Shown: positions 9,022 to 18,071 of the stretch, piece by piece
Layout: every line of letters starts with the position of its first letter
How positions within the stretch are numbered: the stretch's first letter is position 1
Source of the DNA: an uncultured Candidatus Berkelbacteria bacterium
Lineage (GTDB): Bacteria > Patescibacteriota > UBA1384 > UBA12157 > JAENIV01
NCBI GenBank assembly: GCA_963698075.1
Contig: OY969116.1
Coordinates: 862,131-926,130, forward strand
Reading direction: 5' to 3'
Length of the DNA stretch: 64,000 nt
Translations under genes and position numbers: made by a program
The notes under the pieces: generated by a model
Told to the model about the DNA's origin: nothing
Databases searched by the model: none
Seen by the model: the letters and a program-made list of their open reading frames with translations, nothing else

Positions 9022-9792
9022 ATGGCAATAGAGTATGATAAGTTTAAAAATCTGGGCCTGGCTGCGGGTTTAAGCGACAATGAAACCAAAATGTATTTGG
9101 CAATTTTGGAAATGGGGCCCTCGGCGATTCAAAAAGTCGCCCAAAAAGTCGGCCTTTCAAGAGTGGCCAGCTACACCATTGCCGAACAACTCATCCAAAA
9201 AGGTTTAGCCAGTTGGTTTAAAAAAGATAAAAAAAGATATGTATCCGTCGAAAATCCTGACTATATTTTAGAACTTATTAAACGTCGCGAGAGCGAACTC
9301 GAAGAAGAAAGAACCAAAATTCGCAAACTTCTGCCTGAACTTAAAACCTATTATCGCTTAGCCGGCAAACGGCCCGAAGTCAGATTTTATGAAGGTGTTG
9401 AAGGGTTAAAGGCGATTTATGAAGATACCTTAAATTCTCAAAAAGACCTTTTAGTTTACTCTGACCTTGCTGCCACTGAACGATTGATTCCGGACATGAA
9501 GTTTTGGAACAATTATGTCAGGCGAAGGGTCAAACTCGGCATCAACGCTAAAGGGATTTGTCCGCGCACCCCGGAAACCGTGGCTTTGGATAAAAAAAGC
9601 CCCCAAGAATTGCGGGAGATTCGTTTCCTGCCAGAGGGCGAAACTTTTGGACCCACCGAACTCTATATTTACGGCGATAAAATTGCCCTGCTTTCGTTCG
9701 AGCGCGAAATCGTCGGTGTCGTCATCGAAAATAGGGAACTAGCCGAAACCCAACGGAAAATCTACACGAGGATGTGGCAGAGCCTTAAGTAA
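9022..9792 (+). CDS. TrmB-family transcriptional regulator
   Basis: GLSDNETKMYLAILEMG wHTH, KRPEVRFYEGVEGLK, ELYIYGDKIAL; GGAGG SD before 9022. Confidence 0.85.
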   Translation: MAIEYDKFKNLGLAAGLSDNETKMYLAILEMGPSAIQKVAQKVGLSRVASYTIAEQLIQKGLASWFKKDKKRYVSVENPDYILELIKRRESELEEERTKIRKLLPELKTYYRLAGKRPEVRFYEGVEGLKAIYEDTLNSQKDLLVYSDLAATERLIPDMKFWNNYVRRRVKLGINAKGICPRTPETVALDKKSPQELREIRFLPEGETFGPTELYIYGDKIALLSFEREIVGVVIENRELAETQRKIYTRMWQSLK

Positions 9793-9875
9793 ACAAACTA
9801 CAACTTAAAGTATAAAGATGATATCATTTAAGTTTTTTCTTGAAGTTTTAACATTTGCGTTTTAAACTTTTAGTT

Positions 9876-10649
9876 ATGTATGTAGATACGCACGCCCATC
9901 TCAATTTTGAGGCGTTCGAAAAAGATTATCGTGATGTAATCAATCGCGCTTTGGCGGCTGATGTAAAGGGCATAATTAATGTTGGTTCTAATTTTGAAAC
10001 GTCAAAGAAAGCGATTGAGATCGCGGAAAAATATGACAAAGGGGTTTACGCCGCCATCGGTCTTCATCCGATCCACGTCAAGGATGAAGAGTTTGATGAA
10101 GCGGCTTTTTTGAAACTGGCCAAAAACAAAAAAGTCGTGGCGCTGGGGGAGACGGGCTTGGATTACTATTATGATAAGTCATCAGCCAAGCTTCAAAAAG
10201 AAATCTTTCGCAAATTTTTACAAATGTCGCATGCGGTTTCGAAACCCGTGATTTTACACTCGCGGGATGCCGGCGAGGATGTTTTGTCAGTACTGATGGA
10301 GGAGCGGCCCGAACCGCGGGGTGTGATGCATTGTTTTCCGGGCGATTGGCCGTATGCGAAAGTGATTCTGGATATGGGCTTATACCTTTCCTTCACCGGC
10401 CTCATCACTTTTTCTAAAAACTATGGAACTTTTGAGGTAATTAAAAATACGCCTTTAGATCGCTTAATGATTGAAACCGACTGCCCATTTATGACACCCG
10501 AGCCATATCGGGGGAAAAGAAACGAGCCAGCTTTTGTTATCGAAGTCGCCAAAAAAATCGCCGAAATAAAAAAATTACCTTTAGAAAAAGTTGCTGAACA
10601 AACTTCAAAGAATGCAATCAAACTTTTTAAATTAGAAATTAATGGTTAA
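9876..10649 (+). CDS. tatD: TatD-family hydrolase/DNase
   Basis: DTHAH, GLHP, GETGLDY, HSR, HCF, ETDCPF. Confidence 0.93.
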   Translation: MYVDTHAHLNFEAFEKDYRDVINRALAADVKGIINVGSNFETSKKAIEIAEKYDKGVYAAIGLHPIHVKDEEFDEAAFLKLAKNKKVVALGETGLDYYYDKSSAKLQKEIFRKFLQMSHAVSKPVILHSRDAGEDVLSVLMEERPEPRGVMHCFPGDWPYAKVILDMGLYLSFTGLITFSKNYGTFEVIKNTPLDRLMIETDCPFMTPEPYRGKRNEPAFVIEVAKKIAEIKKLPLEKVAEQTSKNAIKLFKLEING

Positions 10650-11517
10650 AAGACTAAATAGAAAAAATTTTCACATAATCAGAAAAGTTCATTATGACCG
10701 GCGAGAGCGATATATTTGTCTAATTCTCAAACGAAATAATCAGAAGTTTTTTTACAAAGAACTAAATAATGATCGGCCGGATAAATTTAAAGAGCAGATT
10801 GATTTTCAAAAAAGAGTAGAAGAAAGCCAAACGGAAATCATTTTACCAAAATTAATAGATTATAAGCTTGGTGCTGAAAAAAGTTGGGCGCTTTGGGAAT
10901 ATTTACCCGGAAAACATTTAGCTGATTGGAAACCTAAAAAGATAAGACAACTGGCCAATTGGCTGGAACCGATTGTTGAGGTTTTAATTCAAATGTTAAA
11001 AATCAAACCCTTGGAGGGAAATTATCATATCTCTGAAATTATGCTCGAGAGAGCCGAAGGGTGGTCAAAAGAACCGGTCCTGCAAGGTTTTTATTCCGAA
11101 TCATTTAAAAATAAAATTATCTTCCTGATTAACAAAAACCATTCCAAACTAATCAATGGTTTTAATCATTCGGATTTTGTTCCTTGGCACATGCACGAAC
11201 TAAAATTTCCCAAATTTTACCTTGTGGATTATGAGAATTGTAAAGGAAAACCTTTGTATTATGATTTAGCCCATTTTTATCACCGGCTCTATACGAAACT
11301 TGGAGAGCCAAAAATTGCTGATAAATTTCTGGAAATCTTTTTTAAAAGAGCAAAATTACCGCCTGATTTTGAAGCGATATTTTCGACAATTTTAGGCCAC
11401 CGAATTATGGCGGGATTTTTTGACTGCCTTGTTAATAAAGATGGAACTGATATTAAATTACATCAAAAACTATTGGATAATTATCTTAAGACTACAAAAA
11501 ATAGAAAGGGAAAATGA
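10642..11517 (+). CDS. APH/choline-kinase-like phosphotransferase
   Basis: HSDFVPWH and LVDYE, YYDLA kinase-like motifs. Confidence 0.6.
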   Translation: MVKRLNRKNFHIIRKVHYDRRERYICLILKRNNQKFFYKELNNDRPDKFKEQIDFQKRVEESQTEIILPKLIDYKLGAEKSWALWEYLPGKHLADWKPKKIRQLANWLEPIVEVLIQMLKIKPLEGNYHISEIMLERAEGWSKEPVLQGFYSESFKNKIIFLINKNHSKLINGFNHSDFVPWHMHELKFPKFYLVDYENCKGKPLYYDLAHFYHRLYTKLGEPKIADKFLEIFFKRAKLPPDFEAIFSTILGHRIMAGFFDCLVNKDGTDIKLHQKLLDNYLKTTKNRKGK

Positions 11518-11693
11518 AGAAATCATTTCATCATGGACCTTCAAGTGCGGTGTACGGGCTCGGATTTATCGGCGCGGCAATTTGGTTTATCAGCCAAGCG
11601 CACGGTTTTTGGCCGATCGTTTTAGCAATTTTGAAAGCCATCGTCTGGCCAGCATTTTTGGTCTACCAGGCCTTCCAATTTTTGGCAAAATAG
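11514..11693 (+). CDS. Small 59-aa membrane protein (not in ORF track)
   Basis: ATGA overlap with upstream stop; MKKSFHHGPSSAVYGLGFIGAAIWFISQAHGFWPIVLAILKAIVWPAFLVYQAFQFLAK*. Confidence 0.75.
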   Translation: MKKSFHHGPSSAVYGLGFIGAAIWFISQAHGFWPIVLAILKAIVWPAFLVYQAFQFLAK

Positions 11694-11697
11694 CATC

Positions 11698-11720
11698 AGC
11701 CGATTTGACCCCCGGCGATT
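11698..11720 (+). repeat. AGCCGATTTGAC boundary motif, copy 1
   Basis: AGCCGATTTGACCCCCGGCGATT; 22/23 identical to 21505-21527. Confidence 0.85.
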
Positions 11721-11834
11721 TGGGGGGGGGCGTGGTCTGCCGGCGGCAATTGGCCCAGAATTTGGTTTCCTAAGCATTAAACAAACGCCACCTGCGATAT
11801 GCGGGTGGCAAGACGAAATGAAAAGTTGGATCTT

Positions 11835-12143
11835 CTACAGGCTATGGGTGTGGGTTCTGACCGTGAAGTAATGGCAACGCGGACATTTGTGGTGGGTGAA
11901 ATGCCGGCCATAACCAGGTTCCTCAGCCACTTGTTCCATAGGAATAAGACATTTGGGACATAACGCAGCATTCGAATGATCTTCCAGAATGCCACACTCC
12001 AAACATCTAACCTGGAACCGGTGCGGACCCGACGGTACAAACAGAGGAGCGGTGATGAGCTTTTTTTCCTCATCAGACCATACCAACCAACCCAAGAATT
12101 CCCACCGATGTTCACAGACCATCGTCTCCTCAGCAACAGTCAT
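11835..12143 (-). CDS. Cys-rich zinc-ribbon-like hypothetical protein
   Basis: SD AAGGGAG before ATG 12143; CLEC, CPKC, CPRC. Confidence 0.65.
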   Translation of the reverse strand: MTVAEETMVCEHRWEFLGWLVWSDEEKKLITAPLFVPSGPHRFQVRCLECGILEDHSNAALCPKCLIPMEQVAEEPGYGRHFTHHKCPRCHYFTVRTHTHSL

Positions 12144-12236
12144 CCAGGGTTCTCCCTTTTTCTTGTGGATATCAGTCCAATTAAATATTACTCCAAATCC
12201 AGATAAAATCAACTCAAAAGAGGCCAATTTAAAAGC

Positions 12237-12270
12237 TATTCTATTATTCTATAGAATATGCGAATATCAT
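12237..12270 (+). repeat. 34-bp AT-rich repeat with 14-bp palindrome, copy 1
   Basis: TATTCTATTATTCTATAGAATATGCGAATATCAT; 33/34 identical to 23933-23966. Confidence 0.85.
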
Positions 12271-12318
12271 TTAAAAATCATATTACATTCCCTCAAAAAA
12301 ATCACCCAGGTAATATTA

Positions 12319-13260
12319 TTAATTCTTCCTAATTGTAAACTTCCCAGTTTTAGAACGAGAAACCACACCTTTTTTATGATGAAAACTCTCAATTTTTTCC
12401 GCGTCAAAATGTTTATGGATTTGCGGTTCGAGGTCTTGGATTTTCGCGCAGGCCTCTAAATAATCACAAATCATATTATCAATTTCAATTTCTTTTTGAT
12501 TTTTGCCTTTAGGCATGCTATTTGATTTTTGATTTTGAAACTTCTGTTTCATCAAGGGACAGAGATGCGCGTACTCACAATAATCGCATAAAAAATTATG
12601 TTTTGGCCGCCACTCGTTTTCTTTTTCAATTTTCTCGGCAGTTTTGACTATTTCTTCTTTGATTTGCTCGACTTCATCCGGTCTTCTTTTGGTTGTCATT
12701 TGTGAATCGTGTTTTAAATAATATAAAGTCAGGCGAATCTCTTTGGCTTCGGGCCATAAGTTTTCCACTGCCAAATGATAAATGCAAAGTTGTTTATCGC
12801 GATTAACATCATCTTGAGAAGGTAACTGTTTACTGGTTTTATAATCGATGACTTCAAAAGCACCAATGGGCAGTTTATCGACGCGATCAATCATTCCCGA
12901 TAAAGTATGCTCGCCCACGGGAATTTGAAAGCGTTTTTCGGTTGAGACAATATTTCGCAAGCCGGGTTTGTGACCAGCATGAAATTTATCGAGCATTTGT
13001 TTTCCCCAATCAAAATATTGTTTGGCTTGAGCGGGATTTTTAAAAACCTCGTCGCGCCAGTTGTTTTTGAGATATTCTAAAAGCTCCTCCCGAGGCGGCA
13101 TAATTGGGTCTTTTTTTAAAGCATATTGAACCACTTCGTGAATTAAAGAACCAAAAAAAAGCTCGGGCTTTTCGGGAACCTTAATCCGATCAATGTATTG
13201 GAATTTATATTTGGCCGGACAACGATTAAAAGTTACTAAAGCCGAATAGGAAATGCGCAT
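12319..13260 (-). CDS. PD-(D/E)xK RecB/AddB-like nuclease with Fe-S cysteines
   Basis: SYS..CP, GMIDRVD, IDYKT, QLCIY, CDYCEYAHLC. Confidence 0.85.
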   Translation of the reverse strand: MRISYSALVTFNRCPAKYKFQYIDRIKVPEKPELFFGSLIHEVVQYALKKDPIMPPREELLEYLKNNWRDEVFKNPAQAKQYFDWGKQMLDKFHAGHKPGLRNIVSTEKRFQIPVGEHTLSGMIDRVDKLPIGAFEVIDYKTSKQLPSQDDVNRDKQLCIYHLAVENLWPEAKEIRLTLYYLKHDSQMTTKRRPDEVEQIKEEIVKTAEKIEKENEWRPKHNFLCDYCEYAHLCPLMKQKFQNQKSNSMPKGKNQKEIEIDNMICDYLEACAKIQDLEPQIHKHFDAEKIESFHHKKGVVSRSKTGKFTIRKN

Positions 13261-13350
13261 GAGTTTATTCTATCCTTAAAACTCGTCCTTAGCAAGAAAA
13301 TGTGCTAAAATAAAAAATGGATTTCGGGTTCAATCCATTTAAATAAAAGT

Positions 13351-13854
13351 ATGAAAAATTGGTTGTGGGTGACTTTAATTATTGCTCTTTTTCTCGTCGG
13401 TTTAGCTGGCGGCATCATTTATTGGTCTCTCGTTAAGACAAAAAATATCGCCAACTCCGCTTTAGACGCCGCTAAAAATGCCGAGAGTGTGACGACTCCC
13501 ACGCCTTCTCCTTCGATTTCTACAATACCGGTAGCACTGAATATGCCCTCTGCCGACGTTGCCGGCGAAGATCTCGCCGATGTCCCACGTTACAGCGGTT
13601 CGATGAGGACGGGCTACGATAAAAATGATGATGGCACCGAGATTAACCTCGAATACATTACCTCTTCCAGTACCAAAGAAATTCTCGATTTTTATAAAAA
13701 AACCCTGGTTGACAATGGTTGGACACTTTTTGCCGAAGGCTCCCAAAATTTAAATTTTTCGAAAAGTCAGACTGATGTCTCGATTGAAATCATTGAGGCA
13801 AACAACAATCTTATCCAATATCGTATTCATTCTTTTCGAACTCAAGGGGAATAA
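13351..13854 (+). CDS. Membrane-anchored hypothetical protein
   Basis: N-terminal TM, Pro/Thr linker, VPRYSGS...FYKKTL..GW. Confidence 0.75.
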   Translation: MKNWLWVTLIIALFLVGLAGGIIYWSLVKTKNIANSALDAAKNAESVTTPTPSPSISTIPVALNMPSADVAGEDLADVPRYSGSMRTGYDKNDDGTEINLEYITSSSTKEILDFYKKTLVDNGWTLFAEGSQNLNFSKSQTDVSIEIIEANNNLIQYRIHSFRTQGE

Positions 13855-13869
13855 ATCTTTTTGCGGGAC

Positions 13870-13898
13870 TTGACAAAACTCTATATATAATCTAATAT
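13870..13898 (+). promoter_or_regulatory. Putative promoter of antitoxin-like-iscS-iscU operon
   Basis: TTGACA-17 bp-TAATAT, overlapped by ATATATA-N6-TATATAT inverted repeat. Confidence 0.5.
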
Positions 13899-13917
13899 AT
13901 ATTTAGAAAGGACGATT

Positions 13918-14112
13918 ATGAATAAAAATATTAATGTCTATAATTTACAGGCCAATATTTCCAAGGTTTTGAAAGAAACCGAAAAAGGCGCTGTTTATGA
14001 GGTAAATCGTTATTCAAAACCAGTGGCGGTTTTGATCTCTTACAAAAATTACCTCAAGCTCAAAGGCGAGTGCAAACATTGTATTGAAGATTTAAGGAAA
14101 TTGGTTAAATGA
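13918..14112 (+). CDS. Phd/YefM antitoxin-like protein with C-terminal CxxC
   Basis: INVYNLQANISKVLK...YEVNRYSKPVAVLISY is Phd/YefM-like; CKHC; ATGA coupled to iscS. Confidence 0.7.
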   Translation: MNKNINVYNLQANISKVLKETEKGAVYEVNRYSKPVAVLISYKNYLKLKGECKHCIEDLRKLVK

Positions 14113-15290
14113 AAGTATATTTGGACTATGCGGCGACATCGCCGGACAAAAAAGAGGTGTTTCTGGCAATGACGCCATATTTTAAAGAATATTTTGGTAA
14201 CCCTTCGAGCATTCATGCCTGGGGACAGACGGCGCGGAAAGCCATCGATGAATCTAGGGCGACCATTGCTAAATTTTTAAATTGCCAGAGTGAAGAGATA
14301 ATTTTTACCGGCAGCGGCTCGGAGGCGGATAATTTGGCAATCACCGGGCTTATAGATGGCCTCGGGGTAAAAATTAAACCCCATATCATTACCAGCGCCT
14401 TCGAACATCATGCTGTTCTCAAAACCTGCGAGGATTTGAAGAAAAAAGGATTGGCTGAAGTGACCTACATTCGGCCAAATAAAGAGGGGATTATTGAAGC
14501 CGCTACAGTCAAAAAAGCCATCAAGCCAAATACGGTTTTGGTTTCGATTATGTATGTTAACAACGAAATCGGCACCATCCAGCCGATTCGCGAAATCGGC
14601 AAAATGATCGAGAAAAAGAATCACGACCGCCAGCAAAAGATTTATTTCCATACTGATGCCGTTCAAGCCGCCGAATATTTGCCAATGGACGTCGATTATT
14701 TACACGTTGATTTGCTTACCATCGCTGGTCACAAGATTGGCACGCCGAAAGGTGTTGGTTTGCTTTATATCCGCAAAGGCACGCCGCTTACTTCCATTAT
14801 TCATGGCGGCGAACAAGAAAAGGGCCTACGCGCCGGCACGGAAAATGTGCCATATATAATTGGTATGGCTACCGCCATCCAATTAATTAAAAATTTAAAA
14901 TTTAAAATTAAAAATTTAGAGAAACTAAGAGATTATTTTATCAAGCGCATCATAAAAGAAATTCCCGAAGTCTATCTCAATGGTTCTGAAACCCTCCGCG
15001 CCCCCCATATTGTTAATTTTTATTTTAAAAATATTGAAGGCGAATCGATTGTCTTGGGAATGGATCTGGAAGGGGTCGCTTGTTCAACCGGCTCGGCTTG
15101 CACTTCACAAAGCTTAGAGCCCTCCCACGTTATCATGGCAATTTTCAATGATCATTTCAGAGCCGCCGGTTCAGTGAGATTCTCTTTTTCAAAACTGACC
15201 ACCAAAAAAGATTTAGATTTTGCGATTACTAAACTTAAAAAAGTTGTCGCCCACTTAAGAAAAATTAGCCCATACGGAAAGAGAGGTTAA
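14109..15290 (+). CDS. iscS: Cysteine desulfurase
   Basis: YLDYAATS, GNPSS, HTDAVQ, GHKIG, STGSAC. Confidence 0.95.
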   Translation: MKVYLDYAATSPDKKEVFLAMTPYFKEYFGNPSSIHAWGQTARKAIDESRATIAKFLNCQSEEIIFTGSGSEADNLAITGLIDGLGVKIKPHIITSAFEHHAVLKTCEDLKKKGLAEVTYIRPNKEGIIEAATVKKAIKPNTVLVSIMYVNNEIGTIQPIREIGKMIEKKNHDRQQKIYFHTDAVQAAEYLPMDVDYLHVDLLTIAGHKIGTPKGVGLLYIRKGTPLTSIIHGGEQEKGLRAGTENVPYIIGMATAIQLIKNLKFKIKNLEKLRDYFIKRIIKEIPEVYLNGSETLRAPHIVNFYFKNIEGESIVLGMDLEGVACSTGSACTSQSLEPSHVIMAIFNDHFRAAGSVRFSFSKLTTKKDLDFAITKLKKVVAHLRKISPYGKRG

Positions 15291-15291
15291 G

Positions 15292-15756
15292 ATGGCGATC
15301 GAAAAGTTGTATAGCCAAAAAGTCATGGAGCATTTCTTACATCCGCGAAATATGGGAGTGATAAAAAATCCTTCCGGCATTGGTCGGGTTGGTAATCCCG
15401 TTTGCGGCGACGTGATGGAGCTTTATATAAAAGTTAAAAGTCAAAAGGCAAAAGGCAAAAATAAAAACATTAACAATGAGGATAATGCTATTATCACTGA
15501 TGTCAAATTTAAAACCTTTGGTTGCGGGGCAGCGATTGCCAGTTCTTCGATGATGACGGAAATGATTAAGGGCAAAACTCTTAAGGAAGCGCTAAAAGTA
15601 ACTAACTCGGCGGTGGCTGATGCCTTGGGCGGTCTGCCGCCAATCAAAAGGCACTGCTCGGTTTTAGCCAAAGAAGCACTCGAAAAAGCCCTGGCCGATT
15701 GGCTCGCCTCGCGGCGAAGCGGGCAAAAAAATTTGTCCAAGAACAATCGCCATTAA
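15292..15756 (+). CDS. iscU: Fe-S cluster scaffold IscU/NifU
   Basis: HFLHPRNMG, GNPVCGD, TFGCGAAIASSS, LPPIKRHCS. Confidence 0.95.
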   Translation: MAIEKLYSQKVMEHFLHPRNMGVIKNPSGIGRVGNPVCGDVMELYIKVKSQKAKGKNKNINNEDNAIITDVKFKTFGCGAAIASSSMMTEMIKGKTLKEALKVTNSAVADALGGLPPIKRHCSVLAKEALEKALADWLASRRSGQKNLSKNNRH

Positions 15757-15789
15757 AAAAAGATTGTGCTATTATGAAAGAAAGGATGA

Positions 15790-16749
15790 TTGATGATCAC
15801 CTGGATCGATATTTTAATCATTGTCGTGATTATTTTTTATGCCCTTGATGGCTATCGTCAGGGTTTTTGGAAAATTATCCTCGACATTTTGACAGTGATT
15901 ATCTCTTTGGTTATCGCTTTGAAATTCTATCCTTTAGCCGGAAATCTTTTTGTTGCCTGGGGCCTCGATATCAATCTTGCCCGGCCAGTTGGCTTTTTTG
16001 TCCTCTGGACCGTGACTCAAATAATTTTTTATCTTTTGGCCATTCTAATTTTTCATTATTTCCCCAAATATTCTGAAGGGAGAAAAACGGGGAAGATTTT
16101 GGGAATTTTCCCGGGAATCATTAAAGGTTTAATGATCGTTGCCATTTTCTTGATTATTTTAATCACCCTGCCTTTCGCGACCTCATTTAAAAATACTTTA
16201 TCGAAATCTCTCATTGCTGGTCCTTTAATCAAATCGACCGCCAGAATTGAAGGTCAAATGGCCAAAATATTTGGTCAATTAAATAATTCCTTTACATTTT
16301 TAACCGTTGCTCCCGGAAATGAAGAAGAAATTACCCGGTTAAATTTCCAAACCAATGACTTTAACATTGATTCCACAGGTGAGGAGATGTTGGTTTCTTT
16401 AGTCAATAACGAAAGACAAAAAGCGGGTCTGGCACCATTGACCACGGATCTATTACTCAGAAACGTCGCTCGTGCGCACTCAATGGATATGCTCCGGAAC
16501 GGTTATTTTGCTCACAAAAGTCTCTCTGGCGAAACGCCGTATGATCGCCTGACCGCTGCCAATGCTAATTTTCGCCTGGTAGGCGAAAATTTGGCCTTAG
16601 CGCCATCGATTGATTTGGCCCACATCGGCCTGATGAACTCTCCTTCTCATCGAGAAAATATTTTGGATCCTGACTACAAACGGATTGGTATCGGGGTGAT
16701 TGATGCCGATCCTTATGGTAAAATGATTACTCAAATTTTTACTGACTAG
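15790..16749 (+). CDS. CvpA-family membrane domain fused to CAP/SCP domain
   Basis: WIDILI..GYRQGF N-terminus; VNNER, ARAHSMDM, GENLA, MNSPSHRENIL. Confidence 0.88.
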   Translation: MMITWIDILIIVVIIFYALDGYRQGFWKIILDILTVIISLVIALKFYPLAGNLFVAWGLDINLARPVGFFVLWTVTQIIFYLLAILIFHYFPKYSEGRKTGKILGIFPGIIKGLMIVAIFLIILITLPFATSFKNTLSKSLIAGPLIKSTARIEGQMAKIFGQLNNSFTFLTVAPGNEEEITRLNFQTNDFNIDSTGEEMLVSLVNNERQKAGLAPLTTDLLLRNVARAHSMDMLRNGYFAHKSLSGETPYDRLTAANANFRLVGENLALAPSIDLAHIGLMNSPSHRENILDPDYKRIGIGVIDADPYGKMITQIFTD

Positions 16750-16758
16750 AAAGCGGTA

Positions 16759-17553
16759 ATGATTTTAAAAGGCAAACCAATAGCCGAAAAAATCTATGCC
16801 AGGTTAGTTAAGGATATTGCTTTGCTTAAACAAAAAAATCTTATCCCGACTTTAGCAGTTATCTTAGCAGGTGAAGATCCAGCTAGTTTGACTTACGTGC
16901 GCGCCAAAGAAAAAAGGGCAAGGATTCTGGGAATAAATTTTAAACTTTTTCATCTCACGGGGATTGCCCCCGAAAGTAAAATTTCCGAGCTAATTGGTGA
17001 CCTTAATAAAAATAAAAATGTCTGCGGCATTGTTCTGCAATTGCCATTGCCAGAAGGATTGGACACTGATAAAATTTTAAGAGCAATTTCGCCTGAAAAA
17101 GATATTGATGGTTTTTCGGGAAAATATCCAGCGCCAACACCATCGGCAATTTTGGAAATTTTTAAATATTATGATATTGGCCTCCAAGATAAAAAAATTG
17201 TTATCGTGGGTTTTGGTCGTTTGGTGGGCAAACCTCTTGAAAAACTAATGCGTAAGCTGAATATTCAGCTAATAATTTGTACTTCAAGTAGTGACATCGC
17301 CTCCGAAACCCTTGACGCCGATATAATTATTTCCGCCACCGGCATTCCGAGTTTAATTAAGCCGGAAATGGTTTCTGAAAAAGCGGTCGTCATTGACGCT
17401 GGCACCGCCGAAAGTCTAGGCGAAATCCGCGGCGATGTCGACCCAAAAGTTTATGAAAAAGTTCTCGCCTACTCTCCCGTCCCTGGCGGCGTCGGCCCAG
17501 TGACAGTGGCGTGTTTGATGAAGAATCTCATTGAAGCGGCCAAAAAAGCTTAA
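16759..17553 (+). CDS. folD: Methylenetetrahydrofolate dehydrogenase/cyclohydrolase
   Basis: LQLPLP, EKDIDG, VGKPL, PVPGGVGPVTVA. Confidence 0.93.
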   Translation: MILKGKPIAEKIYARLVKDIALLKQKNLIPTLAVILAGEDPASLTYVRAKEKRARILGINFKLFHLTGIAPESKISELIGDLNKNKNVCGIVLQLPLPEGLDTDKILRAISPEKDIDGFSGKYPAPTPSAILEIFKYYDIGLQDKKIVIVGFGRLVGKPLEKLMRKLNIQLIICTSSSDIASETLDADIIISATGIPSLIKPEMVSEKAVVIDAGTAESLGEIRGDVDPKVYEKVLAYSPVPGGVGPVTVACLMKNLIEAAKKA

Positions 17554-17555
17554 TT

Positions 17556-18062
17556 ATGAAAGATTTAGTTGTCCAAGAAGTAATTGAACAGAAAATTTAT
17601 TTAATCAGAAGCCAAAAAGTAATGATGGATCGCGATTTGGCGGTTCTTTATGGCGTACCGACCAAAAGATTGAATGAAGCGGTTAAAAGAAATCAGAAGA
17701 GATTTCCCTCGGATTTCGCATTTTTACTGACATGGAAAGAAACAACAGGTTTAAGGTCGCAAATTGCGACCTTAAAGAATAAAGAGCATGCAAAATACCG
17801 ACCTTACGTTTTTACGGAACAAGGTGTAGCCATGTTATCCAGTGTTCTAAATAGCGAGCGCGCCATCCAAGTTAATATTCAAATCATTCGGACCTTTATT
17901 AAACTGCGCAAACTTTTAGCCACACATGCGGATCTATTAAAGAAAATTGAAGCAATGGAACGCGGCTACGACCGGCAGTTCCGCATCGTTTTTGAAATCT
18001 TAGAAGAACTACGCGAATCATCTAAAAAACAAATCAAAAAAATCGGCTTTAAGTTAAAATAA
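17556..18062 (+). CDS. ORF6N-domain DNA-binding protein
   Basis: VMMDRDLAVLYGV, VKRNQKRFPSDF, PYVFTEQGVAMLSSVL. Confidence 0.88.
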   Translation: MKDLVVQEVIEQKIYLIRSQKVMMDRDLAVLYGVPTKRLNEAVKRNQKRFPSDFAFLLTWKETTGLRSQIATLKNKEHAKYRPYVFTEQGVAMLSSVLNSERAIQVNIQIIRTFIKLRKLLATHADLLKKIEAMERGYDRQFRIVFEILEELRESSKKQIKKIGFKLK

Positions 18063-18071
18063 AGGAGAAAA

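Noticed and set aside
11722-11730. G9 homopolymer as phase-variation tract
   Set aside because: Intergenic between convergent genes and pairs with upstream CCCCC as a hairpin
12319-13260. Cas4 of a CRISPR system
   Set aside because: No cas1/cas2 or array in window; generic RecB-like nuclease call is safer
13918-14112. Classical type II toxin-antitoxin pair
   Set aside because: No toxin gene adjacent; downstream gene is iscS
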